Source: an uncultured Bdellovibrionales bacterium
GTDB taxonomy: Bacteria > Patescibacteriota > Minisyncoccia > Moranbacterales > UBA1568
DNA: 64,000 nt
Direction of reading: 5' to 3'
NCBI GenBank assembly: GCA_964436855.1
Contig: CAYTED010000001.1
Coordinates: 135,059-199,058 of the forward strand
Shown here: piece by piece, positions 1 through 9,541 of the stretch
Layout: each line of letters begins with the position of its first letter
Position numbering within the stretch: the stretch's first letter is position 1
Made by a program: the position numbers and the translations under genes
The notes under the pieces: generated by a model
The model's database searches: none
Told to the model about the DNA's origin: nothing
What the model saw: the letters and a program-made list of their open reading frames with translations, nothing else

Positions 1-574
1 ACCTTGCTTTCCACCATTTTTTGAACCACAACAGCAACAGAAATTTTCGAGTCGTGAAGTCCTTTTTCAAATCGGTAGAAGATGGCACGCGGGGTAAAGA
101 GCGATGCAAAGCACCGTTGGACATTCTGCAGGAGAGTTGCTTCGGTCGTATTGAGAAAGCTATCGAGCTGTCCTGCCCACGCGGCACTCGCCGAATCCTC
201 CGCCGTCGCACTGGAACGCACGGCGACAAAATGAGTATCAAGCTTATTGAATTCCGAGGAGATTTCTTTTGCGATATCCTCCGGCATCTTTGCTTCAAGG
301 ATCAGCTTCTGAATCGTTTCCGAACTATGCTCCACAGTATGCATTTTCTCCGTATCAACCGTATGGAGAATTGCATCAATCTCTGTATTCAAATCCGTTT
401 CCTCTAAGAATCTTTCAAAAGCATCCGCGAACACGACAAAACCCGGTGGCACCGGATTACCAGACGGAGCCTGCCCGCCATATTTGGCTTCAAATAGGCG
501 GGTCATTTCCCCGAGCGACGCCCCCTTTCCCCCAGCTATTGCTGCGTCATGTTTTGAGAGTTCGGAGAATGGTT
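1..574 (-). CDS. PEP synthase / pyruvate phosphate dikinase-like ATP-binding (PPDK_N) domain protein. N-terminus only; the gene continues beyond the window start.
   Basis: My own minus-strand translation from the ATG at 574-572 gives MFTKPFSELSKHDAAIAGGKGASLGEM..., the classic PpsA N-terminal motif. No stop before position 1. Confidence 0.6.
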
Positions 575-591
575 TGGTGAACATATGAGCA

Positions 592-1407
592 TTATGCGTT
601 CAGTGGATATTCAAGCGAAAGATCCTTGAATTCAAACGTTGCCTTTTGTTTTCCGAAGTCATCAGAAACCATAGTAATTCTCGGGCCGGACATATAATCA
701 AGCAATCCTCCGATTTCTTCAACTCCCACCTCTTCTGGTTTTAATTCGGGGTGGTTTTTCAAATAAATAAGCTTCGTGAGGTATTCTGTAACCCCACTAT
801 GCCCTATTAATACCATTTTTACTTTACTGCCAGAGTGGAATCTCTGCGCCATTTTTACAAAATGCCGCATCAATCCATCAAGTTCTTTTCCAACGTCCTC
901 TCCCTTCAGGGAAAGCTTGGGGAATTCCTTGTTGAAAAACTCACGAATGAGGATTTCATTTTTCAGCGTCTCCTCATCTTTGGAAGATGGTTCAAGCGCA
1001 TCTTTCTTTTCTATAACAGTATTATCCTCTAATAGCCTCCTCGCACGGAGAATGTCATCCATTACCTTATCCGTCTCACTTGAATACACCGTCATTCCAC
1101 CAACTAATTCATCTTTCGTTCGGATCGTTGTGTGAATATCATTTTCCCGAAGAAACTGCGAGAGTGGCTCCATTGCCTGTTGTCCGCGCTTCAATGGACT
1201 CACATAACATTTCACGATATCGAAGCTTTGCTCGGAGTCTGAATACTCTTGTTGCAACTTCTCTACCAACGATTTTTTCCCACTCTCGGTGAGATTTCCG
1301 GTCGCATAATCCTTTTCCGGATGCCGAATAAGATCAATCACAAGCGTCACATTTCGACCAAATCTTTCTTTTTTTTCGACACTGCTCGATATATTAGGAA
1401 CTTCCAT
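592..1407 (-). CDS. Histidine phosphatase superfamily protein (phosphoglycerate-mutase-like)
   Basis: RHPEK near the N-terminus (the RHG-type catalytic motif) and GHSG later in the sequence. 271 aa. Confidence 0.55.
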   Translation of the reverse strand: MEVPNISSSVEKKERFGRNVTLVIDLIRHPEKDYATGNLTESGKKSLVEKLQQEYSDSEQSFDIVKCYVSPLKRGQQAMEPLSQFLRENDIHTTIRTKDELVGGMTVYSSETDKVMDDILRARRLLEDNTVIEKKDALEPSSKDEETLKNEILIREFFNKEFPKLSLKGEDVGKELDGLMRHFVKMAQRFHSGSKVKMVLIGHSGVTEYLTKLIYLKNHPELKPEEVGVEEIGGLLDYMSGPRITMVSDDFGKQKATFEFKDLSLEYPLNA

Positions 1408-1421
1408 ATCTCTTTATATTC

Positions 1422-2528
1422 TTATGAATTACTTTTTTCGAGAATTTTTACAATACCGCTTTCAGCATCAAGCTCAACCAGATCTCCTGTCTTGAGAATT
1501 TCGGTCGCATGATACGTGCCAACAAGACACGGAACTCCCAGTTCTCGTGACATAATGGCAGCATGAGAATTCAACCCGCCTTGATTCGCGATAATTCCAC
1601 CCGCCTTTTTCATTAACGGGACAAAATCAGGAGAGGTGGTTTCTGTCACCAAAATCTCTCCACCATCCATTTCAAGGGAATGAAGTTTTTTTACAAAAAT
1701 CTCATAGGACTGATCCAATTCTGGAACAATCACCCTAATTTTTGCTGTTACTTTTCCCTTATTGGCAATAACTCCCTTAAATTCATTCATCTTCGAATAA
1801 TCAGGCTCTTTGAACTTTTTTAAGATTAACGCCTTTTGCTCACCTTCAATCGGTATGACTCTTTCATTCTCGCAGAAGAGAACATAAGATTTTTTTCGTT
1901 CCAAAAGAATATCAGCAGAAACTAATGACTTTGTTTCTATGAGACTTATTACCTCATTAAAAGAGTAGAATTTTATATCTTCAGGACTCACCGCTGTTTG
2001 TCGAGCAAGAAGATCTACCAGATGATAGAGACAAGTTGTAAGAACTTCAACAAAGAGTGGGCGACTCTTCATTTTGAGATCATCCCCCAGTATAAAAAGA
2101 TTTTTTTTGAGCGTTTCGCTCATTTCTCCGTAATAACAAGAATCTGTAAAGAAAAATTCTGTTTTTTCAAAAAAGTAGTACGTTTTATCAATCATCGCAC
2201 GATGATCAAAAAAATTTCCAACGGAAGATTCTTTAAGATTCTTTATTCTCCCTATATATTCTTCACACTCCCGAATATTTTCTCGAAATCCAGCTTCGAA
2301 AATATTGAAATTTTCTTTACTCGAAAATATTTCTTTTCCATTTTCCGAAGTCCAATCAGCCGCCTCATTGCCTATATACGTTCCAAGCATCTCGTTATTA
2401 TAGATTGCCAAAAAATCTCTCTTTCTATAGTGAGAAAAAACGATATCCATCAAAAGATAGCCGAGCCTTTTAAAGAAAAAAGCGCGTTGATAATTTTCCG
2501 GCCGGATTCGATCAGGAAAAAGCTCCAT
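1422..2528 (-). CDS. PEP-utilising enzyme mobile (phosphohistidine) domain protein
   Basis: C-terminal GGLNSHAAIMSRELGVPCLVG matches the PEP-utilizers swivel-domain signature. Confidence 0.6.
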   Translation of the reverse strand: MELFPDRIRPENYQRAFFFKRLGYLLMDIVFSHYRKRDFLAIYNNEMLGTYIGNEAADWTSENGKEIFSSKENFNIFEAGFRENIRECEEYIGRIKNLKESSVGNFFDHRAMIDKTYYFFEKTEFFFTDSCYYGEMSETLKKNLFILGDDLKMKSRPLFVEVLTTCLYHLVDLLARQTAVSPEDIKFYSFNEVISLIETKSLVSADILLERKKSYVLFCENERVIPIEGEQKALILKKFKEPDYSKMNEFKGVIANKGKVTAKIRVIVPELDQSYEIFVKKLHSLEMDGGEILVTETTSPDFVPLMKKAGGIIANQGGLNSHAAIMSRELGVPCLVGTYHATEILKTGDLVELDAESGIVKILEKSNS

Positions 2529-2603
2529 ATGAAATACATTCTTTACAAGTTATTTTCCCACAATGATCCAAATCCGCCGCCTGAATGGCTATACGCATAC
2601 GTT

Positions 2604-3299
2604 TCATTGTATCACCGTCCCAACGAACGGCTTTCCGTCAAGATAGTGACGGAGATTATCAAGTTTTTCACCATTTAAAATTGCGACTTCCATCTCTTCT
2701 TCAGCGGCCATTTTGGTTGCAACTGGATCAAATGGTGTATTCATTCCCGGATTCCACTTTGTTCCGACAAGATCCTGAAACTCTTTCCAACTCATTTTCT
2801 TATATGGCTTTGCGCTTGGATTCTCACAAGGATCGCTGTCATACACATAATCGATATTCGACAAATTGATAATCTGTTTTACATCAAGATATTTCCCGAG
2901 GGTAACAGCACAATAGTCAGTTGATCGCCCTGGACGCCATCCCCCCGCAACGAGAATTGGTTCCTTGGCACCATAAAAATCCTCGAGATCATGCGGATTA
3001 GTATTGATACGTGGATGCGCGTGCGCGCGAAACACCGTACGAATAAAGTGGGCGTTCATTCGCGTGGCATGAATTCCAAGCCAGTCCTTATCCTCATCGG
3101 TAATTCGACTCACACCGTGTGCCGCCTCGATATATCGCCGTGCCGTTTTCCCGCCTCCCGTCACAAGAATAAATCGCTTTCCTTTTTTAATATATTCGAG
3201 AATGAGTTTTTTGAATGCTTTAATAAAGGCCGTATCGATTGCTTCTGGCACCAAAAGCGATCCTCCGAGAGAGAGAATAATTCTGTCAGGTTGTGTCAT
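2604..3299 (-). CDS. pyrH: UMP kinase, archaeal-type (amino-acid kinase family)
   Basis: IILSLGGSLLVPE...ILVTGGGKTARRYIEAA aligns with archaeal PyrH (IVFDIGGSVLVPE...VVGGGKLARKYIEVA). Confidence 0.75.
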   Translation of the reverse strand: MTQPDRIILSLGGSLLVPEAIDTAFIKAFKKLILEYIKKGKRFILVTGGGKTARRYIEAAHGVSRITDEDKDWLGIHATRMNAHFIRTVFRAHAHPRINTNPHDLEDFYGAKEPILVAGGWRPGRSTDYCAVTLGKYLDVKQIINLSNIDYVYDSDPCENPSAKPYKKMSWKEFQDLVGTKWNPGMNTPFDPVATKMAAEEEMEVAILNGEKLDNLRHYLDGKPFVGTVIQ

Positions 3300-4537
3300 A
3301 ATGCTTCTTTTACAAACAACGGGAGAAGTTCACCTACAGGAATATATTCTGCTTCCATAACTGTTCGCTTCTTCACTTCCGCCATACCATCTTCTGCATA
3401 TCGCTTCCCGAGTACAATTCGATATGGAATTCCAATCAAGTCAGAATCAGCAAACTTTTCTCCTGCAGAAGCATCACGGTCATCATAAAGAACCTCTACA
3501 CCTTCAGCCACAAGTTCTTGATAGAGCTTATCTGCTGCTTCATTTTGACCAAGGGAAATCAAGTGTACTTGAAATGGCGCAACAGCAACCGGCCACACCA
3601 TACCCTTCTCATCAGAGAGCGCTTCAACGATTACACCCATCAAACGCGTAATACCAATTCCGAAGCAGCCCATAATTGGATGTGCCTTGGTGCCATCTTG
3701 AGCGGTATACGTAAAATCAAAATCCTTTCCATACTTGATACCAAGATCAAAGATATTCCCTACTTCAGAAGCAGTTGCACGGGAAAGAATTCCGGCATTG
3801 CAACGCGTACAAGTGTCTCCTTCTTTTTGATTGGAAATCTCAACATTCACACAATACGGGCATGATTTGCAATACAAAATATCATCTTCACCGGCATCAG
3901 TGAGCACCATAAATTCATACGAAAGTTTTTTTGTAAAACTTCCACCCGATGCCTCTGTTGCTTTTGCTACCAATCCTACGCGTGCATACACCTTGAGATA
4001 TGCTTCTTTCGCCAATGCGTAAAACCGATCAAAATCTTCTTGAGTCTCATGGAAAGAATACATATCTTTCATAGCAAACTCCCGACCACGCATGATTCCC
4101 GATTTAGCGCGAAGCTCATCTCGATACTTCTGGCCGATCTGATACACCGCCAAAGGAAGATCTCGGTACGAATGAATATACTCACGTGCAATTGGCGTCA
4201 CAATCTCCTCTTCGCTCTGTCCAATCGTATACTCTTTTTCAGTACGACTTTTGATTTTAAAAACAACGTCTACATTATCCCATGCGCCAGTCTGCTTCCA
4301 TGGCTCAGAAGGATGGAGTGTTGCCATGCGGATCTCCTGACCGCCGATAGCATTCATTTCTTCACGAACAATATGCTCTATTTTCTCAAGCACACGCATT
4401 CCCAAAGGAAGATACGAATACACCCCCGCCATTTCCTTGTGAATAAATCCGGCACGAATCAAAAGCTGCGCATTCTTCGACACCTCATCTTTTGGCGCTT
4501 CTTTTCTTGTTTTTGTGAAGAGTTGACTTTGACGCAT
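3296..4537 (-). CDS. proS: Prolyl-tRNA synthetase, short form without the editing insertion
   Basis: N-terminus MRQSQLFTKTRKEAPKDEVSKNAQLLIRAGFI...MKDMYSFH parallels bacterial ProRS motif 1/2. Overlaps pyrH by 4 nt. Confidence 0.85.
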   Translation of the reverse strand: MRQSQLFTKTRKEAPKDEVSKNAQLLIRAGFIHKEMAGVYSYLPLGMRVLEKIEHIVREEMNAIGGQEIRMATLHPSEPWKQTGAWDNVDVVFKIKSRTEKEYTIGQSEEEIVTPIAREYIHSYRDLPLAVYQIGQKYRDELRAKSGIMRGREFAMKDMYSFHETQEDFDRFYALAKEAYLKVYARVGLVAKATEASGGSFTKKLSYEFMVLTDAGEDDILYCKSCPYCVNVEISNQKEGDTCTRCNAGILSRATASEVGNIFDLGIKYGKDFDFTYTAQDGTKAHPIMGCFGIGITRLMGVIVEALSDEKGMVWPVAVAPFQVHLISLGQNEAADKLYQELVAEGVEVLYDDRDASAGEKFADSDLIGIPYRIVLGKRYAEDGMAEVKKRTVMEAEYIPVGELLPLFVKEAL

Positions 4538-4577
4538 ACAAAAAATTCAAGGATAAATATTTCCTTTACTGTAAAGA

Positions 4578-4607
4578 AAAAAAGGCTCTCCGTCAAAGGA
4601 GAGCGCA
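4578..4607 (-). terminator. Rho-independent terminator downstream of the HtrA-like gene
   Basis: Minus strand reads GGCTCTCC-tttgac-GGAGAGCC followed by TTTTTTT. Confidence 0.5.
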
Positions 4608-4609
4608 CT

Positions 4610-5767
4610 TTAGAGTTGAACCGAGATTTCTTGTTCGGATCCGTTCCGAAGAACGGTCAATGCCACCACATCCCCCTTTTTCTTGTTACCGATCAGAACC
4701 GAAAGCGGCCGCTCAAGCGTTACCCGATCGGTACCAACCGCCGTAATAATATCGCCCATCCGAAGATCCGCTCGATCCGCCGGACTCCCGGCAAGCACCG
4801 AAAGACCCGTCCTTCCCGATGGTGAATAAATCATCGCCCCTTCTTCACGGGGAAGATTATTGAGCGCGGCATACGCCTTGGTGATCGATACATAATAAAC
4901 GCCAAGCGTCGGTCGATCCGACAAACGTCCTTCAATTGCCCGATTGAGCGAATCACGAACGACATTCGACGGAATAGCGAAGTACTTCCGACCATTGTCA
5001 AACGGAACACTCGAAAGAAGTCCTACCATTTCACCATTCCATTGCACTACCGGACCCCCGACATAGTCAATCGGGTTTTTCAGATCAACCAAAAATACGC
5101 CTTCGAGTTTTTCACTCGAGGCGACAGTCTTTCCGGCAAGATTAAATGTTCGATCCTTAAATTCAAGTATGCCGGAAGCATACCGATTCTGATACGGTTC
5201 CGAAGATATGCCGATAGCTACGAGTCGCTTTCCAGTACGCGCATCGTCGGAATTCGCGAGTGCGATCGCCGGAACGCTTGCCGCATCGATCTTGAAAAAC
5301 GAAAGTCCGGTAAAAGAATCCGTCCCCGTAAAACGCGCCGGATACGACTCGCCCGTCTGGAGCAAAATAGTGTAGTTCGAATCAAGAAAGGCCGCATCCA
5401 AAATCGCAACAACCATACCATCATTCGTGAGAAGCGTGCCGGTATAAATCCTTCCTTTCTCGATCTCGTTTTTCGGAGACACGATAACCGACACCACCGC
5501 CGTCGATGGCTGCGACACGATACGCTCGATCGAATCATTGTCCTGCACAATAACCTGTTCGGTTTTTTCAATAATAGTTGTCTTGTTTGAAGCGGTTTTT
5601 ACGATCGGTACACGAGAAAACCACCGAGTCGTCGAGAGATACGGAATAAGATAGGTATCAAAAACCACCCCTCCTACCCCGCCGATACCAAAAAGAAATA
5701 TTGCAATAACACCGAAAAAAAGCCCTTTTTTAAGAAAATGCGTCATAAGAAAAAAGAAAAAATACAC
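4610..5767 (-). CDS. HtrA/DegP-family (S1C) homolog with a C-terminal PDZ domain. The catalytic triad appears degenerate.
   Basis: N-terminal TM segment, trypsin-like core and PDZ (GDIITAVGTDRV). The His box reads TNDGMVV instead of TNxHV, and the Ser box reads DYVGGP instead of GNSGGP. Confidence 0.6.
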   Translation of the reverse strand: MYFFFFLMTHFLKKGLFFGVIAIFLFGIGGVGGVVFDTYLIPYLSTTRWFSRVPIVKTASNKTTIIEKTEQVIVQDNDSIERIVSQPSTAVVSVIVSPKNEIEKGRIYTGTLLTNDGMVVAILDAAFLDSNYTILLQTGESYPARFTGTDSFTGLSFFKIDAASVPAIALANSDDARTGKRLVAIGISSEPYQNRYASGILEFKDRTFNLAGKTVASSEKLEGVFLVDLKNPIDYVGGPVVQWNGEMVGLLSSVPFDNGRKYFAIPSNVVRDSLNRAIEGRLSDRPTLGVYYVSITKAYAALNNLPREEGAMIYSPSGRTGLSVLAGSPADRADLRMGDIITAVGTDRVTLERPLSVLIGNKKKGDVVALTVLRNGSEQEISVQL

Positions 5768-5806
5768 CCATCATTTCTAACACGTTTCGAAAAAAAAATC
5801 AACCCT

Positions 5807-6562
5807 CTATACCACCATCCTCCACGGAGAACTCGAGAGAAGCAGCGCAAAAAGAAAGAGGGATAACGCCGCCCGCGTATACATTCGTTTTTGCGAAAAA
5901 ACTCCCGAAAGGTCGGAAAAGAGAAACTCCCAGAGAAAAGAAAAAAAGACGAGAAGCACCGCCCCGCTCGTAAGGTACCCAAACGGCCAAAAGCTCGCCA
6001 CCCATACGGCCTCAGCGGAAACAAGTCCCAAAAAGGAAGCGTAGAGCAGGGATTGTTTTCGATTTCCAAACGATACGGAAAAAAACGTCTGATAGGCGAT
6101 CCCGAGCGTTCCCAAAAAAAACGAGAGGAGTAATACCGGGAGCGGGACAGTAAAATTGAGGTACAGCCCGTACATCGATGCGAAGAAAAGAAAGAGTGCC
6201 GCCATAGCGCTTGCGGAAAGAAATGCTCGCGCCGTTTCATCGCGCGGCGCAAATCGCAGTCGATAGAGACCGAGTAACAATGAATAAAATGCGATCGATG
6301 CCAGAAATGCGAACAATTGCCGATGGAAAAGCTTGTCGATCAGAAACAGAAGGGTCGGTGTCGCAATGGCAAAAAGAAGCGGAATGGGAATGCCGGAATA
6401 TTTCTTTGTTACTTTTTTTACGGAAATCGCGGCAATACAAGAAAGAAACAGTATCGAAAATCCGTATCCGTTCCACTCCGAAAGCGTCGGATTGAGCGCT
6501 AAAAGCTCAAGCGAGAGAAAAAAAGCAACCGTCCAAATAAAAATAGTGAAATGGAAAAACAT
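5807..6562 (-). CDS. Polytopic integral membrane protein, unknown function
   Basis: 251 aa, about 8 hydrophobic helices, no recognisable motif. Confidence 0.4.
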   Translation of the reverse strand: MFFHFTIFIWTVAFFLSLELLALNPTLSEWNGYGFSILFLSCIAAISVKKVTKKYSGIPIPLLFAIATPTLLFLIDKLFHRQLFAFLASIAFYSLLLGLYRLRFAPRDETARAFLSASAMAALFLFFASMYGLYLNFTVPLPVLLLSFFLGTLGIAYQTFFSVSFGNRKQSLLYASFLGLVSAEAVWVASFWPFGYLTSGAVLLVFFSFLWEFLFSDLSGVFSQKRMYTRAALSLFLFALLLSSSPWRMVV

Positions 6563-6664
6563 GCCTCTGAAAAATGAAAATGCTTCACCTCCTTTGTATC
6601 ACACAATGAAAATGAAAACAAAAAAACCTCGACTATCGAGATTTTTTCTTTCCGGAACCAACTC

Positions 6665-9280
6665 CTACTCGAACAGAACCTTTCCTTTTTTCACAAAGAC
6701 ACGAATGGATTTTTGCGCCTTCCCGGATTCCGAAAGCGCCGAAAAGGCGATCGGATCAAGAATCTCCGTCTGAATCAACCGCTTGAGCGGTCGCGCGCCA
6801 TAAAACGGATCGTACCCTTTTTCCGAAAGATATTTTTTCACCGATGAGTCAAACACGACACGGGTATCACGATCAAGAAGACGCCTTACCACCCGATCAA
6901 GTTGAATTTCAACAATCTTTGCGAGCGCTTCTTTCGACAACGGGTGAAATGTGATAATTTCATCGATCCGATTCAAAAACTCCGGTTTGAACGTTTCCTT
7001 CAGGCTTGCGAGAACTTTCGATCGAATTTCCTCCTCTTCCGGAACTTCACTCGATGTCCGCTCACTCCGAAAGCCGAACTCGCTTGATCGCAAGAGAAGT
7101 TCCGATCCGACATTCGACGTCAGAATAATAACGGTATTCTTAAAATTCACCGTTCGCCCCTTGGCATCGGTGAGGCGTCCATCGTCGAGAATTTGAAGAA
7201 GAATATTAAACACATCCGGATGCGCCTTTTCGATTTCATCAAAGAGAAGAACAGAATATGGCCGACGTCTCACCGCTTCGGAGAGTTGTCCGCCCTCGTC
7301 GTATCCAACGTATCCCGGCGGCGACCCGATCATTTTTGCGGTCGAATGCGCCTCCATATACTCGCTCATATCCACCCGAATGAGCGACTTTTCATCGTCA
7401 AAGAGAAATTCCGCGAGCGCTTTCGCCAGCTCGGTTTTTCCAACACCCGTCATCCCGAGAAAAAGAAAGGATCCGATCGGTCGCCCCTCTTCCCCGAGAC
7501 CGGCTCGCGATCGGCGGATCGCATTCGATATCGAGCGAATCGCGTCATCTTGACCCACGACCCGTTTCGCGAGCGCGGCTTCCATATGAAGCAGCTTTTC
7601 CGCTTCCGTCGAAAGCATTTTCGAAACCGGAACGCCGGTCGATCGCGCCACTACCGAAGCGACATCTTCCTCGATAATTTCTTCTTTCAGAATAGAGTTT
7701 TTCCTCTGAAGGCGTCCCAATTTTTTCTCCTCGCTAAAAAGTTTTTTCTCCAATTCCGGAATTTTCCCGTAGCGTATTTCCGCAACACGATCAAGCTCCC
7801 CGCCTCGCTCAGCAAGTTCCGCTTCATTGCGCAATCGCTCCATTTCTTCTTTCTGTCGCCGCATCGAAAGAATCAGATCGCGCTCCGACTTCCACTGAAG
7901 CGCCAGTGCCTGTGACCGCTCTTTCAGTTCCGAAAGTTCGCGATCGATATTTTGTATCTTCTTTTTATTCGCCCCCTCCGTATCTTTTTCAAGCGCGCGT
8001 TTCTCGATTTCCAAACGACGGATATTCCGCTCGAGTGTATCAAGATCGACCGGCATCGAATCGATTTCCATACGTCGAAGCGACCCGGCTTCATCGATGA
8101 GGTCTATCGCCTTGTCCGGCAAAAATCGATCCGTAATATATCGTTTCGATAATTTTACCGCCGCAATAAGCGCATCATCGGTAATACGAACTCCGTGGTG
8201 CAGCTCATATTTTTCTTTGATTCCGCGAAGAATCGCGATAGCGTCTTCTTCCGACGGTTCGCTCACGAGAATCGGCTGAAACCGTCGTTCGAGTGCCGCG
8301 TCTTTCTCGATATATTTTTGATATTCCTTGAGTGTGGTTGCGCCGATCGTTCGGAGTTTGCCTCGCGCGAGCGCGGGTTTCAACATATTCGACGCGTCAA
8401 GCGCCCCTTCGGTCGCCCCCGCTCCGACAAGCGTATGAAGCTCATCGATAAAGAGAATAAATTTCTCGGCCGATCGTTCGATTTCTTTAAGAATTGCTTT
8501 GAGTCGCTCTTCAAATTCCCCGCGAAATTTCGCCCCGGCAAGCAGCGCCCCGAGATCAAGCGAAATAATTTCTTTTTCTTTGAGTGTTTCCGGAACATCG
8601 CCGGCGACGATACGCTCCGCCAGTCCTTCCGCGATCGCCGTTTTTCCCGTTCCCGCTTCTCCAATAAGAACAGGATTATTCTTCGTCCGACGCGAAAGTA
8701 TCTGCATCACCCGCCTGATTTCTTCATCGCGACCAATAACGGGATCAAGCTTATCTTCACGCGCGAGCTTCGTTACATTCACGGCATATTTTTCAAGCGC
8801 TTGATACGTCTCCTCGGGATGATCACTCTCCACGTGTTGACCGCCGCGAACTTCCGACAGCACCTTCAACGCAAGATCATACGACACACCCCCTTGTTCA
8901 AGATTTTTTTTCATTGATCCGGAAATCGAAAGAATGGCGAGAAAGAGATGTTCCGTCGACACAAATGTATCTCCGATCCGCGTCATTTCTTCTTCCGCTC
9001 GCGCGAATACCTTTGCAAGTTCCGGCGCGACAAACAACTGACCAAATACTTCACCGGGAACCGACGGAAACCGCTCTATATTCTCAAGCGTTACTCCCTT
9101 AAGCGTCTCAATATCAAGTCCAAGCTTTCCGATAATCACCGGGACAATCGAATGCTCTTGAATAAGAAGCGCATAGAGAAGATGCGCACTCTCAAGCTCG
9201 CGATGATTTCGCGACAACGCCATTTCTTGTGCGTTCCGAATCGCCTCCTGACTTTTTTGTGTAAAACGATTGATATTCAT
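6665..9280 (-). CDS. clpB: ATP-dependent chaperone ClpB
   Basis: 871 aa. Clp_N repeats, two AAA modules ([15 protein letters not shown] and [15 protein letters not shown]) and a long coiled-coil M-domain between them. Confidence 0.9.
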   Translation of the reverse strand: MNINRFTQKSQEAIRNAQEMALSRNHRELESAHLLYALLIQEHSIVPVIIGKLGLDIETLKGVTLENIERFPSVPGEVFGQLFVAPELAKVFARAEEEMTRIGDTFVSTEHLFLAILSISGSMKKNLEQGGVSYDLALKVLSEVRGGQHVESDHPEETYQALEKYAVNVTKLAREDKLDPVIGRDEEIRRVMQILSRRTKNNPVLIGEAGTGKTAIAEGLAERIVAGDVPETLKEKEIISLDLGALLAGAKFRGEFEERLKAILKEIERSAEKFILFIDELHTLVGAGATEGALDASNMLKPALARGKLRTIGATTLKEYQKYIEKDAALERRFQPILVSEPSEEDAIAILRGIKEKYELHHGVRITDDALIAAVKLSKRYITDRFLPDKAIDLIDEAGSLRRMEIDSMPVDLDTLERNIRRLEIEKRALEKDTEGANKKKIQNIDRELSELKERSQALALQWKSERDLILSMRRQKEEMERLRNEAELAERGGELDRVAEIRYGKIPELEKKLFSEEKKLGRLQRKNSILKEEIIEEDVASVVARSTGVPVSKMLSTEAEKLLHMEAALAKRVVGQDDAIRSISNAIRRSRAGLGEEGRPIGSFLFLGMTGVGKTELAKALAEFLFDDEKSLIRVDMSEYMEAHSTAKMIGSPPGYVGYDEGGQLSEAVRRRPYSVLLFDEIEKAHPDVFNILLQILDDGRLTDAKGRTVNFKNTVIILTSNVGSELLLRSSEFGFRSERTSSEVPEEEEIRSKVLASLKETFKPEFLNRIDEIITFHPLSKEALAKIVEIQLDRVVRRLLDRDTRVVFDSSVKKYLSEKGYDPFYGARPLKRLIQTEILDPIAFSALSESGKAQKSIRVFVKKGKVLFE

Positions 9281-9427
9281 AAGGGTAGAGATGAGGGGTG
9301 AGAGATAAGAGTTTAGAAGTGAGGTACGAGGAGAAAAAATTATTTTTCGATTCCGCGAGATTCTTATATCAGGATGAAAAAAGTATTTTTTTCTTCTCTT
9401 GCGCTCTCTTGTCTTCAGGATAAGAAA

Positions 9428-9454
9428 TTAGCACTCTCATGTCAAGAGTGCTAA
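9428..9454. promoter_or_regulatory. CIRCE element (HrcA operator) upstream of clpB. A TTGACA -35 hexamer lies in its 9-nt spacer on the minus strand.
   Basis: TTAGCACTC-tcatgtcaa-GAGTGCTAA is a perfect match to the CIRCE consensus TTAGCACTC-N9-GAGTGCTAA. It sits about 150 nt upstream of the clpB start. Confidence 0.85.
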
Positions 9455-9486
9455 TTTTTACAATTTACGCCTGATACATCCAAAAC

Positions 9487-9512
9487 GAAAAGGGCCTTCT
9501 TTGGCCCTTTTG
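9487..9512 (-). terminator. Rho-independent terminator after htrA
   Basis: AAAAGGGCC-ttctt-TGGCCCTTTT hairpin immediately 3' of the htrA stop. Confidence 0.55.
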
Positions 9513-9541
9513 TCATAATGCTTGACTCCTGATTATTCATC

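Noticed and set aside
21-580. Plus-strand ORFs 21..407 and 269..580
   Set aside because: Antisense to the clearly homologous PEP-synthase-like N-terminal domain on the minus strand.
7193-8917. Long plus-strand ORFs (240 aa each) inside clpB
   Set aside because: Arg/Phe-rich low-complexity translations of the antisense strand of a well-supported gene. These are shadow ORFs.
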